From a virus: a DNA stretch of 64,000 bases. Each line of letters opens with the position of its first letter. Positions within the stretch are counted from its first letter, which is position 1. The position numbers and the translations under genes were made by a program. Below, in pieces: positions 43,500 through 54,150 of this stretch. The DNA lies in the IMG/VR virus record IMGVR_UViG_3300034024_000020, positions 32,001-96,000 of that record, one strand, 5' to 3'. The notes under the pieces were generated by a model, which worked only from the letters and a program-made list of their open reading frames with translations, made no database searches and was not told the origin of the DNA.

Positions 43500-43819
43500 T
43501 ATTTTTCCTTGAGGGCCTGAATCTCAACTTGTGTGAGTCCTTCTTGTACTACCTCATCTCGTGCTCCTGGGATAGCTTTCACCAGCTCCGCCATTTGCAA
43601 CTTATTCGTTTCGGTTTCTAGTTTTTGAGCTCTAAGAACCATTTGTGTTAATGAAATGGCCAGAACTGAGAGAATAAGTGTTAGTCTTCCCTCAGCTCCG
43701 CCGGTATGTAGGTAGAAGATACATCCTAATGGGAATAAGATGATTGCCGCAGGATGAGACGACCAATCAGCTACACTAACGCATATATCGCACATCCATT
43801 GGTAAATCTTAGACCACAT
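43499..43819 (-). CDS. membrane protein resembling low-affinity iron permease (Fet4) family
   Basis: two TMs then Q..ET...LQMAELVKAIPGAR. Confidence 0.55.
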   Translation of the reverse strand: MWSKIYQWMCDICVSVADWSSHPAAIILFPLGCIFYLHTGGAEGRLTLILSVLAISLTQMVLRAQKLETETNKLQMAELVKAIPGARDEVVQEGLTQVEIQALKEK

Positions 43820-44162
43820 TACCTCCCCTCCCTTTGATGAATCTCATCATATTAAGAAGGCCATCCGTATTAACCACTATCGCTTCAGTGCACTCTTGTG
43901 TAGCTTCGCGTACATCTTGATTTGAACGAAGAGTCTTCTTATTCTCTCTAGCGAATTCCTCGCTGTGTTCTCTCAGAGCGTCGATAAGCTCTTTTAATAA
44001 CCTTGAGTCCACGAAAGAGGCAGCCACTACGGTCCCCACCCCAGGGGCTGTCTTTTCCTCTTTAGTTCCCTCAGTCTTAATATATTTGAATGCCGCAACT
44101 ATGGCAGCTATAATACCAGTTGCTAAAAGCACAGCGGTATTAACAAAATCGCCTTCTACCAT
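43809..44162 (-). CDS. membrane-anchored coiled-coil protein, holin/antiholin candidate
   Basis: single N-terminal TM; lysis cassette position. Confidence 0.55.
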   Translation of the reverse strand: MVEGDFVNTAVLLATGIIAAIVAAFKYIKTEGTKEEKTAPGVGTVVAASFVDSRLLKELIDALREHSEEFARENKKTLRSNQDVREATQECTEAIVVNTDGLLNMMRFIKGRGGNVV

Positions 44163-44163
44163 T

Positions 44164-44595
44164 TTACTTTAACTCTCTGGCCCTTACATCGGCCAACTTG
44201 GCATCACCAGCCGCAAACCAAAGAGCAAACAAATCGGTAAGCAGAACTCCCGCAATAAGAGCTATTGTAGGTGGATTCCACGTTAAGGCAACGAAACTAA
44301 TAAGAAGGGTTGCCCAAATCATAATGCTTGAGAAAGCTCCTATAGCTCTGAAATGAGCTGTAGGCCTCCATGCACCATTGACTGTTAGAGATAGAAGCTT
44401 AACTATTGCAACTGTAGTTGCAACTAGCCCCCAAATTGTTTGAGAAGCAATAGTAGCCATCGCTTCAAAGAAATCTCTATGCCATAATGTTGCAGGCTCA
44501 AACAGTACCATCAAACCCCACATAAGCAAAGTTATAGAGGAGATCCATTCAGGAAGTCTCTCCCTGAATGTATCTTTAAATCGTACCATTATCAT
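44164..44595 (-). CDS. 4-TM membrane protein, holin candidate
   Basis: four hydrophobic segments; upstream of endolysin. Confidence 0.6.
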   Translation of the reverse strand: MIMVRFKDTFRERLPEWISSITLLMWGLMVLFEPATLWHRDFFEAMATIASQTIWGLVATTVAIVKLLSLTVNGAWRPTAHFRAIGAFSSIMIWATLLISFVALTWNPPTIALIAGVLLTDLFALWFAAGDAKLADVRARELK

Positions 44596-44598
44596 AAT

Positions 44599-44805
44599 TT
44601 ACTCCACTGAGTTAATAACTAACTCATAGACTTGTCCTGGCACGTATCTATCCGCAGAATCAAAAGCAATTTGAATAGCTGTAGAGGTATACATTGGCGC
44701 ACCGTTTTGTGCTGCAACAGGCATAAACGTATAAATAAACGTTGCCGGAGCATTAGTTCCCATAGGGGTTTCTTGGAATGTAATTGAACTTAGTCTTACT
44801 TGCAT
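44599..44805 (-). CDS. hypothetical protein
   Basis: AAGGAG SD. Confidence 0.6.
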   Translation of the reverse strand: MQVRLSSITFQETPMGTNAPATFIYTFMPVAAQNGAPMYTSTAIQIAFDSADRYVPGQVYELVINSVE

Positions 44806-44814
44806 GTTATCTCC

Positions 44815-45282
44815 TTAAAGTGTTAATCCCCACGTATTAACCAAGCTGTGGGCTACTTGTCTGCGGTTTTCCGCAATTGTTTCCGATCTTCTTACTTGAC
44901 TTTCTATGGCATTAAGAATTGCCATATCTACATTAAAGTCTGGATTTGATAGTTGCTCATGAGAGATCAGAATCTCATGAGGTTCATAGATTATGTATTT
45001 ATCCTCAACAGTAGATACACTATTATCATCGTCTAGTTCTGAAATAGTAAGTGTAAGTGTGAAAGACGTATCTAAGATATCATTAGTAATAAATATGTTA
45101 GGAGACTTTTCCACTCTATTATCTGTTCTTTGTAGACGAATTCTGAACTTGTTTCCCTCTTGAGTTACAAATCCTTTATCATTACCCTCATTTGCAAGCT
45201 CGAAAGCTTGCAAATAAGGTGGCAGAACTTCTACTCCTATATCATCCAATTCAGATGGGCTTAAAATATTGTCTTCTGGCAT
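44815..45282 (-). CDS. hypothetical acidic protein, possible fibre chaperone
   Basis: AAGGAG SD; follows fibre gene. Confidence 0.65.
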   Translation of the reverse strand: MPEDNILSPSELDDIGVEVLPPYLQAFELANEGNDKGFVTQEGNKFRIRLQRTDNRVEKSPNIFITNDILDTSFTLTLTISELDDDNSVSTVEDKYIIYEPHEILISHEQLSNPDFNVDMAILNAIESQVRRSETIAENRRQVAHSLVNTWGLTL

Positions 45283-45291
45283 TTTTGCTCC

Positions 45292-48200
45292 TTATGGCTT
45301 TCTGTAATATAGGGGGTTATGTGTTAGAATATAACGATCTTTTTCGTTTCCTGCTGCATATACGGATTGATAGCAACGGATTCTAGAAACTGATCTTGTT
45401 CCTACTCCGATTACAGATTCAACTTTTTCCCATCTAAACTGATTATGGTCTAGTACGGGCACATTGTACCCTAAACAATTAGCGGCTAATATCATATCAC
45501 CATTTTTTAACGTCATAGGGGTGTTATGAGATAGGGTTAATTCAATTCCAGTTTCTGTTCTAATTTTAACGCATCTGTTAAATCCTATTTCATTGCTTTC
45601 TACTTCAATAGTAGTTGTGCCTTCCATAGTATTCTCATCAAGAATAATTAAAGTATCATCTTCTGTTACAAAATACGCCAATTTAACTTGTTCTGTAGTT
45701 GGAACAAAAGCTTCACATACTACACAATAACCAGGATCATCATAATTAGGAGTTGGTGGTGGCGGCGGCGGCGGAGCACCAGCAGCACTTCTAGTAAGTA
45801 TATTTCCTACATAAACTTTACCAGTTCCTAGTGCATTTACGAGATCTGTACTTACACCCCAACTTTCTCCAATAGTAGATGGATCGGCTTGATTTCTATA
45901 CACAAAGTAGCGTGTGTTATATGCGCCTCCTGCAATACTTCCTGCAGGAAATGTAATAGATCCACCCCAATCAGGATAGAAAGTCATAGCTGGAACATTA
46001 AGAGTTACGGATGAACCGTTATCTGTGTCTGTTATAACAGGGGCATCGTTTAAAGATCTCAATCCAAAATTATTGCTTGAATTTAAGAATCTTCCGTCAG
46101 CGCCTCTACCTGCTTGTGTCAGCTTTTGCGTACGATTACGTTCAGCTAATACACTAGAACCGTCGTCACCAAAGAAAGCTCCGTAAGCTACGGTGTAACC
46201 AGCGGGAGTACCTACTGTAGCATAATCCTGCGGTTTACCTGTACCATTAACATCAACCCAAGACTGATCTTTATTTTGAACAGCCGAAGGAAGCTCGATT
46301 ACACTATTATAAGTAGGACCTCGCTTAAGGTTAACTCTAGCTCTACCAGCGGTTCCACCTAAATCTGTTTCAATAGAAAGAGTAGAATTCTTTAATTCAT
46401 TACCTCCCAGTACAGTAACTCCATCTACATCATAAGAATTAGTCCCAACACGAGAACCTACTGTAGCAAAGTCCTGTGGTCTACCCGTACCCGATGTATT
46501 AGCCCAAAGATTATCTGTTCCCTGTCCAAATAGTACACTTTCAATACCATCCGAATAAATAGCTCCACCAACTCTCCATGTTCTATTTTGAAGACTGGCT
46601 GGAAGAGTAAAGGTATAACGCAAAGCTCCATTTTGTAAAAAACGAGCTATAACATTGTCGCATTCTACGCTCCAAATATCGCCTGGAGCAATAGTACCAA
46701 TACTATAGACATAGTCAGTGGCTGAAGAATAGAGCCCCATTACACCATTCTGAGCATATAAGCTTAATGCGTAGTGAGCCTCACTTCGTTCAGAAGGAGC
46801 GACAATTGGACTTAACCCAAAAATGAAAAGGCCTGTACCTGAAGCAAGGCGTGCAGACATAAAAGCTGCATTTTGAACTGTTTCTAAAGCCCAATAAGAA
46901 TGCCAAACTCCATAGGATATATGTTTGATTGAATTACCTACACGAATCAAATCTGGACTAAAAGCATTAAAAGTTATACTTGTTCCAGCATTTGGTGATG
47001 GTACTCCTTCGCCTGTTAAATCAAGAAAAGCAGACTTATTACTAGGAGTAAGATTAACATCACTAATATCACCACTATGGATAGCTACTAAAGCTCGGTA
47101 AGTGAATCCTCTTGTAACGTCTACAGTAACTTCTTTTACCACAACACCGTTACGGCTCCAACGCATAGTTACGCCGTCATACTCAAGTACAACCCAATCT
47201 CCTGCATTAAGAACTGGCCCACCACCTACATAAGATCCATTTACTAGAAAAGTGGCGGATACGCCTAATCCATTGCAGTACCACCCCCATTGTAGCGATC
47301 CACCATAATTAGCTGGAGGAATGTCTGGGTGTAAAGCTAAAATGAACAGGTTACTATTAGCTGTCACTTTTCCGCTAAGAATGCATGATCCTTTATAAGA
47401 TTCATTGATGTACGCGGATTGACCCCAAGCGTACCCTACTTTAGTTGCTTTATTACCCTGTACAACAATACTAGAATCAGTTCCTACTAATGTTACAGTA
47501 GTACCCGCATTATCTGCTGGCTTACTTGAACCTGTGACTCCCACCCATGTGGAGGTTTGAGCAGATGCATTATTTGCTGCTGCTACAAGAGCTGCTTCTT
47601 CTTTAAAGTAATTTGCTACATAGTTATTGAAATCGTTAGTAGCATAAGTAGCTTTGTTAGGATTCAACATAGTTGAATAGCTGGCGATATAAACGTTTAG
47701 AGCGTTATAAGCTGAATCAAAAGCTACAACACTTACGCCTCTAGTTACGCCTTCGGCTCTGTACTTAACATAGTTAGACTGAATAGTAGCCCACGTAGGA
47801 ATAACATATTGAGTCTTGTCTTTCTTAGAGATGGTTCCGTCTAATGAAATATTCAGTAGAGCATTATTAATGTCACGTGCATTATCCGCATTATACGCGA
47901 TAGTGTTTTGTGCGTCTGTAGAAAGAGTGAACTTCTTAGTAAGCGTTACTGTAGCAACGGTAGTAGCGTTATAAACAGCTTCTACAATGATGCTATCATT
48001 AGCGCCAATATCAGCACCACTTACGTTAATGAAGCTTTGTCCATTAGCTTCTGAACGAATGAGAGCGTATGTAGGTGTACGAAGATTCCATGTTAGAGCA
48101 ACGTCGACACCATTTAAGGTACCGGTCACTTGTAGGTATTGGACGGCAGGAGTTAGTACATTATCAACATATACGAACTCACTGTTTCTAGCAGTAATAT

Positions 48201-49023
48201 TGAGCGTTGGTCCTGCTGGTCCTTGAGCTCCAGTTGCACCGGGACTTCCTGTGTTACCAGTGGTGCCTGTTGCACCTTGAGCTACTCTAAGAATGTTTAG
48301 AGTATCAAAGAAAGTTGTTCCATCAGTAATAGTAGCTTTAACAATTACACCCGTAGTGCCGTTTCTTGCTAGAGCGAAATTAGCTTGAGTTAGCTGGCAA
48401 GTAGTTGCAGTTTGCGAGGTCAAATAAGTTGACGACTGTGCAATACCATTAATATCAGTTATAGACCAAGTAACAGCATTTGTTGTATTTTGTCTGTTAG
48501 CAGTAAATGCTACTGTTTGAACAGTAGGTGTAGGGGCACCTGCAGAGTCATAATAAATACTCTGCACGTTTGATACTAAGACCAAAGTTTTAGCATCTGA
48601 CCCTGTAACTTTTTGCCAAGAATATACAGCAGGATTAGTACTTTCTGTAGGGGTAGTACCATAAGCTACACCAATGTAAGTTCTATTACCTGGTGCTCCG
48701 GTAGTAAAGTTAGTACTTCCAGTAGCATCATCAGCGTAAACGAACCAAGGGTATTGAGGTGTACCATCTGTACCAGCTTCGACGAAAACCTGATAATTAG
48801 CAGGAGTTACGTCTGGAGTGGCAGAAGTTGATTTGTTGTGTGTAGCTAATACAGTGAATGCACTACCAAAATAAGTGACGATATCACCTACATTTAACTG
48901 AGTACCATTAGGTAAACTTGTCCAATCACCTCTAGGATTATTTCGCGTTGCAGGCAAAGTTGTACCTGCAACGCCTGAAGCGCTTGGAAGAGGATAGAAT
49001 TCACTGTAATAAGCTTTTGACAT
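45292..49023 (-). CDS. tail fibre/receptor-binding protein with C-terminal Hint domain
   Basis: GXY stretch, two lectin-like repeats, poly-Pro linker, C...LTLSHN...ILTHN. Confidence 0.82.
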   Translation of the reverse strand: MSKAYYSEFYPLPSASGVAGTTLPATRNNPRGDWTSLPNGTQLNVGDIVTYFGSAFTVLATHNKSTSATPDVTPANYQVFVEAGTDGTPQYPWFVYADDATGSTNFTTGAPGNRTYIGVAYGTTPTESTNPAVYSWQKVTGSDAKTLVLVSNVQSIYYDSAGAPTPTVQTVAFTANRQNTTNAVTWSITDINGIAQSSTYLTSQTATTCQLTQANFALARNGTTGVIVKATITDGTTFFDTLNILRVAQGATGTTGNTGSPGATGAQGPAGPTLNITARNSEFVYVDNVLTPAVQYLQVTGTLNGVDVALTWNLRTPTYALIRSEANGQSFINVSGADIGANDSIIVEAVYNATTVATVTLTKKFTLSTDAQNTIAYNADNARDINNALLNISLDGTISKKDKTQYVIPTWATIQSNYVKYRAEGVTRGVSVVAFDSAYNALNVYIASYSTMLNPNKATYATNDFNNYVANYFKEEAALVAAANNASAQTSTWVGVTGSSKPADNAGTTVTLVGTDSSIVVQGNKATKVGYAWGQSAYINESYKGSCILSGKVTANSNLFILALHPDIPPANYGGSLQWGWYCNGLGVSATFLVNGSYVGGGPVLNAGDWVVLEYDGVTMRWSRNGVVVKEVTVDVTRGFTYRALVAIHSGDISDVNLTPSNKSAFLDLTGEGVPSPNAGTSITFNAFSPDLIRVGNSIKHISYGVWHSYWALETVQNAAFMSARLASGTGLFIFGLSPIVAPSERSEAHYALSLYAQNGVMGLYSSATDYVYSIGTIAPGDIWSVECDNVIARFLQNGALRYTFTLPASLQNRTWRVGGAIYSDGIESVLFGQGTDNLWANTSGTGRPQDFATVGSRVGTNSYDVDGVTVLGGNELKNSTLSIETDLGGTAGRARVNLKRGPTYNSVIELPSAVQNKDQSWVDVNGTGKPQDYATVGTPAGYTVAYGAFFGDDGSSVLAERNRTQKLTQAGRGADGRFLNSSNNFGLRSLNDAPVITDTDNGSSVTLNVPAMTFYPDWGGSITFPAGSIAGGAYNTRYFVYRNQADPSTIGESWGVSTDLVNALGTGKVYVGNILTRSAAGAPPPPPPPTPNYDDPGYCVVCEAFVPTTEQVKLAYFVTEDDTLIILDENTMEGTTTIEVESNEIGFNRCVKIRTETGIELTLSHNTPMTLKNGDMILAANCLGYNVPVLDHNQFRWEKVESVIGVGTRSVSRIRCYQSVYAAGNEKDRYILTHNPLYYRKP

Positions 49024-51041
49024 TAATCTTGCACTACTTTATGTCTGATCCAATAATACTTAGTTACTCGATCTAGAGCATTTCCTGTATATACGTCGAT
49101 ATACGAATTTTCTGGAGGCGTGACAGTACCTATCATAGTAGCTGTTAAGAACGTAGCTCCTAAGCCGCTTCCACTTGTGAACGTAAGAGGCGCACCACCT
49201 CTTGTTTCTGAAAGTTTAAAGGTTGTCGCTGTGGGTACAGAGACTACAAAGTATGTTTTGCTGTGCTCTAGTCTATTGTAGGCCCATTCACTCGTAACCG
49301 TATCATTGAGAGCCAAACCATGAGCAACAGTACTAGTTAAAGTGTCACCTGCAATAGTATTGACTGTAATACGTAAAAGATTGTTAGTAGAAGAGAAAAC
49401 CTCTGTAGTTACTAGGGTGGCATTAGCGTGCGTACTATTTGTCCAACTTAATTCTATACCAGAAATATTTTCATTGTTACTGCTGATGTTAGACGCAACT
49501 AATCCATAAGGGCTGTTAGGCGTAGTATTGTTTGCATCTCCAGAAGTACTAGTAGCAGGAGGTCGACTTATGTTACTGATAACATAAAAGCTATCATCAT
49601 ATTCTTTTGCTACAATATCTACTGTGCAATCTTCGTTATGCTGAAGATTTTCGATACGGAATTTCTTATTGCTCCAACCGTATCTGGAATATTGAAGTTG
49701 AATAACCTTACCTGCTTGCAACAACACTCCTCTAGGAATGAGATTCATACTTACAGTGAGCCCATATCTAGAACGATTTAGATATCTGTCTGCTAAAATT
49801 CTGGCATTATAATAGTTAGTGATTCCCGGAATAGAAACATTCCCCTTCTTGGGCACATTTCTATCAGCTTTGAGATAATCTGAATTAAAGAAACTAATGT
49901 TTCTAGCTTCAAACTTATTTGCAGGATCAGCAAAACTTACTGTTAGTGAATTATAGGCCCCTCTAACACCTTCATCATTAAGTCGAATCTTACCGATAAT
50001 ATGATCGGCAGTAATATTGCGAGGTTCACTCTTAGAATTAGCTATTTCTCCCTCAGCTTGCTCAATTTCTAATACGTACTTATCACCACTATAACGAAGA
50101 ATTCCGCTGCAATGATCTAATATGCTGTTCATATTATCGAACAATGGAAGTGATGTATCAATAGTAATATTAGTCTGGTGTCGGGTTACATATCTCTGTT
50201 CTTGCGCGTCCCAACCAAGATGTCTCCAATAATCTACACCGTCGGAGTCATATAGGGTGTACCCTGATACATAATTTCCATTCTTTTCGTATCTGATAGG
50301 ATTACCGTCAACTACTAAGGTTAGAGTCGCCGCTCCATCAATTCTAGTTATAAATACTGTACTAGTACCTCTATAACTAAGACTTCCTACTGTTCCTGAA
50401 GAGTGGATAGGTTTAGTAGTTACTACTCCACCTGTAGATATGTATAGACGGTTATCTTCATAAACTAACTCTCCGGAAACGAAATTTCTCCAGTTGTTCC
50501 ATTTACGAGTAAGTTTTCCAATGTTATTGGTCATTCTTACGAATGAGCCATCAACCTCAGCTACGGTACCCTGCCATATCAAAGTACCAGAAGCGGGCCA
50601 TCTAAATACCTGGCCTACTGAGGCAATCCCTGATGTAACTTTAATCCAAATATCTGATGGAGTATCGCAAATTCTTCCTGCTTCTAACCAAGTATCCAGC
50701 TTAAGGTCTTTGGTGGGACTCAACCCTCTTCCATACCTGTCTGAAGTGATGTAATCCATAGCTTGCATAGCTGTGTTAATACTAACACGACTATCAGGGT
50801 ACATAGGTACAATTTCATACGTATCTCCAGTACCTGGAATGAAATCTTCATCCCAGATACTGTCGATAGTAATTACTTTGTTGGTTGCGTCATAAGCAAT
50901 AATTTCCCTATCCTGTACAAACTCTCGGCCTGTAACAGTGTCTAGTCTTTTGACGACTATTCTGTAACCAGTGTAATACTCATTAACACCGCTAGCTGTT
51001 GCTGCGAGTTTCATAGTATTACGGGAAACTAGGGTACTCAT
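49023..51041 (-). CDS. tail tip/baseplate hub protein, C-terminal part (gpJ/pb3-like with FNIII)
   Basis: N.AMQAMDYITSDRYGRGL, YNSLTVSFADP, FNIII-like LSWT. Confidence 0.8.
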   Translation of the reverse strand: MSTLVSRNTMKLAATASGVNEYYTGYRIVVKRLDTVTGREFVQDREIIAYDATNKVITIDSIWDEDFIPGTGDTYEIVPMYPDSRVSINTAMQAMDYITSDRYGRGLSPTKDLKLDTWLEAGRICDTPSDIWIKVTSGIASVGQVFRWPASGTLIWQGTVAEVDGSFVRMTNNIGKLTRKWNNWRNFVSGELVYEDNRLYISTGGVVTTKPIHSSGTVGSLSYRGTSTVFITRIDGAATLTLVVDGNPIRYEKNGNYVSGYTLYDSDGVDYWRHLGWDAQEQRYVTRHQTNITIDTSLPLFDNMNSILDHCSGILRYSGDKYVLEIEQAEGEIANSKSEPRNITADHIIGKIRLNDEGVRGAYNSLTVSFADPANKFEARNISFFNSDYLKADRNVPKKGNVSIPGITNYYNARILADRYLNRSRYGLTVSMNLIPRGVLLQAGKVIQLQYSRYGWSNKKFRIENLQHNEDCTVDIVAKEYDDSFYVISNISRPPATSTSGDANNTTPNSPYGLVASNISSNNENISGIELSWTNSTHANATLVTTEVFSSTNNLLRITVNTIAGDTLTSTVAHGLALNDTVTSEWAYNRLEHSKTYFVVSVPTATTFKLSETRGGAPLTFTSGSGLGATFLTATMIGTVTPPENSYIDVYTGNALDRVTKYYWIRHKVVQD

Positions 51042-53416
51042 GGTAGGTTTTCTCCAAAGGAAATATGTCTATAGTTGTATCCAGTCGCTAAACCAGTTCC
51101 AGAAACAGTACCAGAAAGTAGAGCTCCTCCATAAGCAATAGTTCCATCTGGCTTGTAAGCTGAATATAGAGGGGATGATTGTGAAGGATCTTTACCAACT
51201 GCGACAATAGGAGTTGAGGCGTAACTAATAGATAGAAGACCAGCGTTATCAGTAGTTGAACTGATAGTGGTTTGAATAGTTGATGGGACCACACCACTAT
51301 GTTCTACATAATTGAACGTAGTCATAGTCCACGTAGAGGCACCCTTAACCATTCTAAATCTAGTTATAGAAGGTACACCATCCACATAACTCAATGCAGG
51401 TGGTACACTAAATCTAAACCTAGTTTCTGTCTGGCCGTTAGCGTCTATAAAGCTCCACTTATCAACAATTTGTACGCCTGTGTTTAATACGGCACTATTA
51501 GCTGTATTAACTAGATTAACAGTGTCCCCTAATAAGAAGTTATCTGCGTTTTCTGAAACCTTAGGATCATGTGCATAGCTATAATCATAGTTATAGCAAT
51601 CAATAATCTTACAACGAAGAATGAACTCCAGCTCAGGAATGGTTGTCTCACCTTCCTTAATCTTATATTTAGCTACAATGTAAGCTGTGTCAAGCAGCCT
51701 ATGATTAGGACCCCAATATTCAGAGCTATCGCTGCCCATCCAGAAATCATTCTGGACCTTAAATCCGTTATTTTTAGCTATAGATACTAACTGGGAAGCC
51801 GCCTTTTGACCTTCTTTACCAGAAAAGAAGTCGATAGTCATTTCTTGCGGATCTTGCATGGAAATGCTTTCACCGTTAATAATACCTTTACCGATGCTAC
51901 TGTAACTAGCATTCTCTATAGAAGGAGCTATATAAGGCTGATATTTGGTAAGACTATTTTTATTGAATACTAGAGAAAAGACTTCTTTAGCTGTTGGTGT
52001 ATCGTAATAATCTACCGAAGCTGTAGGGATAGCGACAGATGTATTGCCCCCTAGAACGTCTCCTCTATCGGCTCTTCCTCGACAAACTACATCAATAGTA
52101 TTGTCAGGAGTTTGTTTACTTCTAGCATCAAAATCTGTCTTATCATTGCAGATTAAGGATTTTCCATTGATGTACATATCATATATGCCACCAATTTCTC
52201 CCTCACAGAGTGCATAAGCAACGTAGACTTCGCTGCTGTCATTCTTCAAAGTATCGGCAAAAACAGGAATACCTACTGTTGTACGTACTCCATACATAAC
52301 TGGAATAGATTTGGCGCTAAGCTGAAAATCTAAATCTGTATGTCTATCTTCTGGTTCAAGATACTTCTTAACCTTGACTTTTGCGCCGATACCAAAGAAT
52401 CCCTTCTTTGCTTTGATTCGTTGCTTTTCAACTTGCACAACATATGTTGAAAGCAAGTTGATTGAAGTCTCTGAGTGAATAAAGCCTTTGTCATATGCGT
52501 AAATAGGTTTAATAGCAGAAGCAGGCTGAGGGATGCCATTCTCATCTAGGGCTCTGTGGAAATCATCAGATGTGATTCTTCCTCGCACCTGTGAGAAATC
52601 ACCCCAGTGACTAGTAAGACCCCAGGTAACAACGATACCGTTATCATCGTCCTCGAATCCTACATTGCTAATAATGCCCTTAAATAGGAGAATAGGTGCA
52701 CCTATTGTAAGTCCATCCTTTTGATAAACTCTGTAAATAAATACTTCTCGATTGATGAAGGAAGCATAATCATTCTCACTCTTATTCATGAGAATGGATT
52801 TAACTTCTTCCGAAGCTAAACGGAATCCAATAGTACCAGAATTAATAGGTAGATCAACATCAATCTTTCTGATACGAATTGTATTATTCGCTCTGAAATT
52901 TACGATATTAAAATCACCTGATCTGGAACCCGTAAAAGTGATCTTGTCACCTTCTCTAAAACCTAGAGCTACAGGATCGACATTTGAATCACTGATAGAT
53001 ATATCATATTCTGTGGCTGATACAGCTACAATGTCCATAAGCTGAGGACCGATTTCAGCGCCCAGACCATTTCCATCTACCGTTATAGTAAAGTTACTGG
53101 CCTTAGCTTCGGTAGATTCAGATACGCCTGAAATCTTTAGAATTTTGTTAGCAAGATACTTCTGTGTACCATTAGCGGCCCCCTGCAAATTCTTGCTTCC
53201 ATCGTCGTAATCTATATCTCTACTTGCGTCTGTTAGATACGTATATCTAACAGCGGAAGTAGAAACTTTACCAGAAACTTTATCTGGACGGGATGGACGC
53301 TCAAACTTAATAAGATGTGCAAACTCTAAAGGTTCGTTGGTGTCGCCTTCGAACCCTGGTGAGCCCCCCATAAGGAGACTTCTTAAATCTGAATGTACAT
53401 ATCTTTCTTGAGTCAT
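51038..53416 (-). CDS. tail tip/baseplate hub protein, N-terminal part
   Basis: LFKGII, IPVMYG, ALCEGEI; follows Dit. Confidence 0.8.
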   Translation of the reverse strand: MTQERYVHSDLRSLLMGGSPGFEGDTNEPLEFAHLIKFERPSRPDKVSGKVSTSAVRYTYLTDASRDIDYDDGSKNLQGAANGTQKYLANKILKISGVSESTEAKASNFTITVDGNGLGAEIGPQLMDIVAVSATEYDISISDSNVDPVALGFREGDKITFTGSRSGDFNIVNFRANNTIRIRKIDVDLPINSGTIGFRLASEEVKSILMNKSENDYASFINREVFIYRVYQKDGLTIGAPILLFKGIISNVGFEDDDNGIVVTWGLTSHWGDFSQVRGRITSDDFHRALDENGIPQPASAIKPIYAYDKGFIHSETSINLLSTYVVQVEKQRIKAKKGFFGIGAKVKVKKYLEPEDRHTDLDFQLSAKSIPVMYGVRTTVGIPVFADTLKNDSSEVYVAYALCEGEIGGIYDMYINGKSLICNDKTDFDARSKQTPDNTIDVVCRGRADRGDVLGGNTSVAIPTASVDYYDTPTAKEVFSLVFNKNSLTKYQPYIAPSIENASYSSIGKGIINGESISMQDPQEMTIDFFSGKEGQKAASQLVSIAKNNGFKVQNDFWMGSDSSEYWGPNHRLLDTAYIVAKYKIKEGETTIPELEFILRCKIIDCYNYDYSYAHDPKVSENADNFLLGDTVNLVNTANSAVLNTGVQIVDKWSFIDANGQTETRFRFSVPPALSYVDGVPSITRFRMVKGASTWTMTTFNYVEHSGVVPSTIQTTISSTTDNAGLLSISYASTPIVAVGKDPSQSSPLYSAYKPDGTIAYGGALLSGTVSGTGLATGYNYRHISFGENLP

Positions 53417-54150
53417 TATGGGAGAATTTCCTCTAATTGTAATCCGAACTGAAATAGGTTATCAGTATTAAGGTCGTGTTCTATAACATCGCCTTTCTGT
53501 ATTACTCTAAACTTGGGGTCAACGAAATTGATTACTGCACCCGCATTTACAAATCTAGTAAGTTGAGGGTTAAGATGCAATCTAACTTGATTAGTGGCTG
53601 GTTGCGTTTTACCGGCCTGATATAACGCATTAGTCTCTACAAACAGAATCTTATACGCTTTAAGGTGATTGATATCGGCAGCATCCGTAATGGTGATGAA
53701 ATCACCTGGACGGGGATAGGAAGAGAATGCTACGCTAGTTCCTACCATTAAAGTAGGAGAACCCGCAGCAGTTGCACTTGACGCCGTAAAAGTCTTTCCA
53801 GTAACAAAAGTTGAAAACAAACTAGATTTAGGTCTAGAGTATTGTGGCAATACCACAAAAAACGGGTATCTACGACCTTTTCTAGATTGCAGGAAAGTAT
53901 CTACAACGTCAAATTCATCTCTGAGCATAGGGTTATAAGTAATTGATATTTCCCAGTTATGAGCACCGTCAGTTACATGTACACCCCTATTGCTTTTGGT
54001 ACGAGATACTTGATTGTCCTCTTTAGAGGTTAACTTAACGCTAGCGAAGCCGGGGCCGCGGGTACCTGTAGTGGCATCTACGACCCCTGCATCGTTTACT
54101 ATAAACGTAGGGTCCGGAAGACGGTTGTTAAAAGTTGTAAATGTTGCCAT
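53416..54150 (-). CDS. distal tail protein (Dit/pb9-like)
   Basis: follows TMP; W.ISITYNPM.R. Confidence 0.8.
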   Translation of the reverse strand: MATFTTFNNRLPDPTFIVNDAGVVDATTGTRGPGFASVKLTSKEDNQVSRTKSNRGVHVTDGAHNWEISITYNPMLRDEFDVVDTFLQSRKGRRYPFFVVLPQYSRPKSSLFSTFVTGKTFTASSATAAGSPTLMVGTSVAFSSYPRPGDFITITDAADINHLKAYKILFVETNALYQAGKTQPATNQVRLHLNPQLTRFVNAGAVINFVDPKFRVIQKGDVIEHDLNTDNLFQFGLQLEEILP

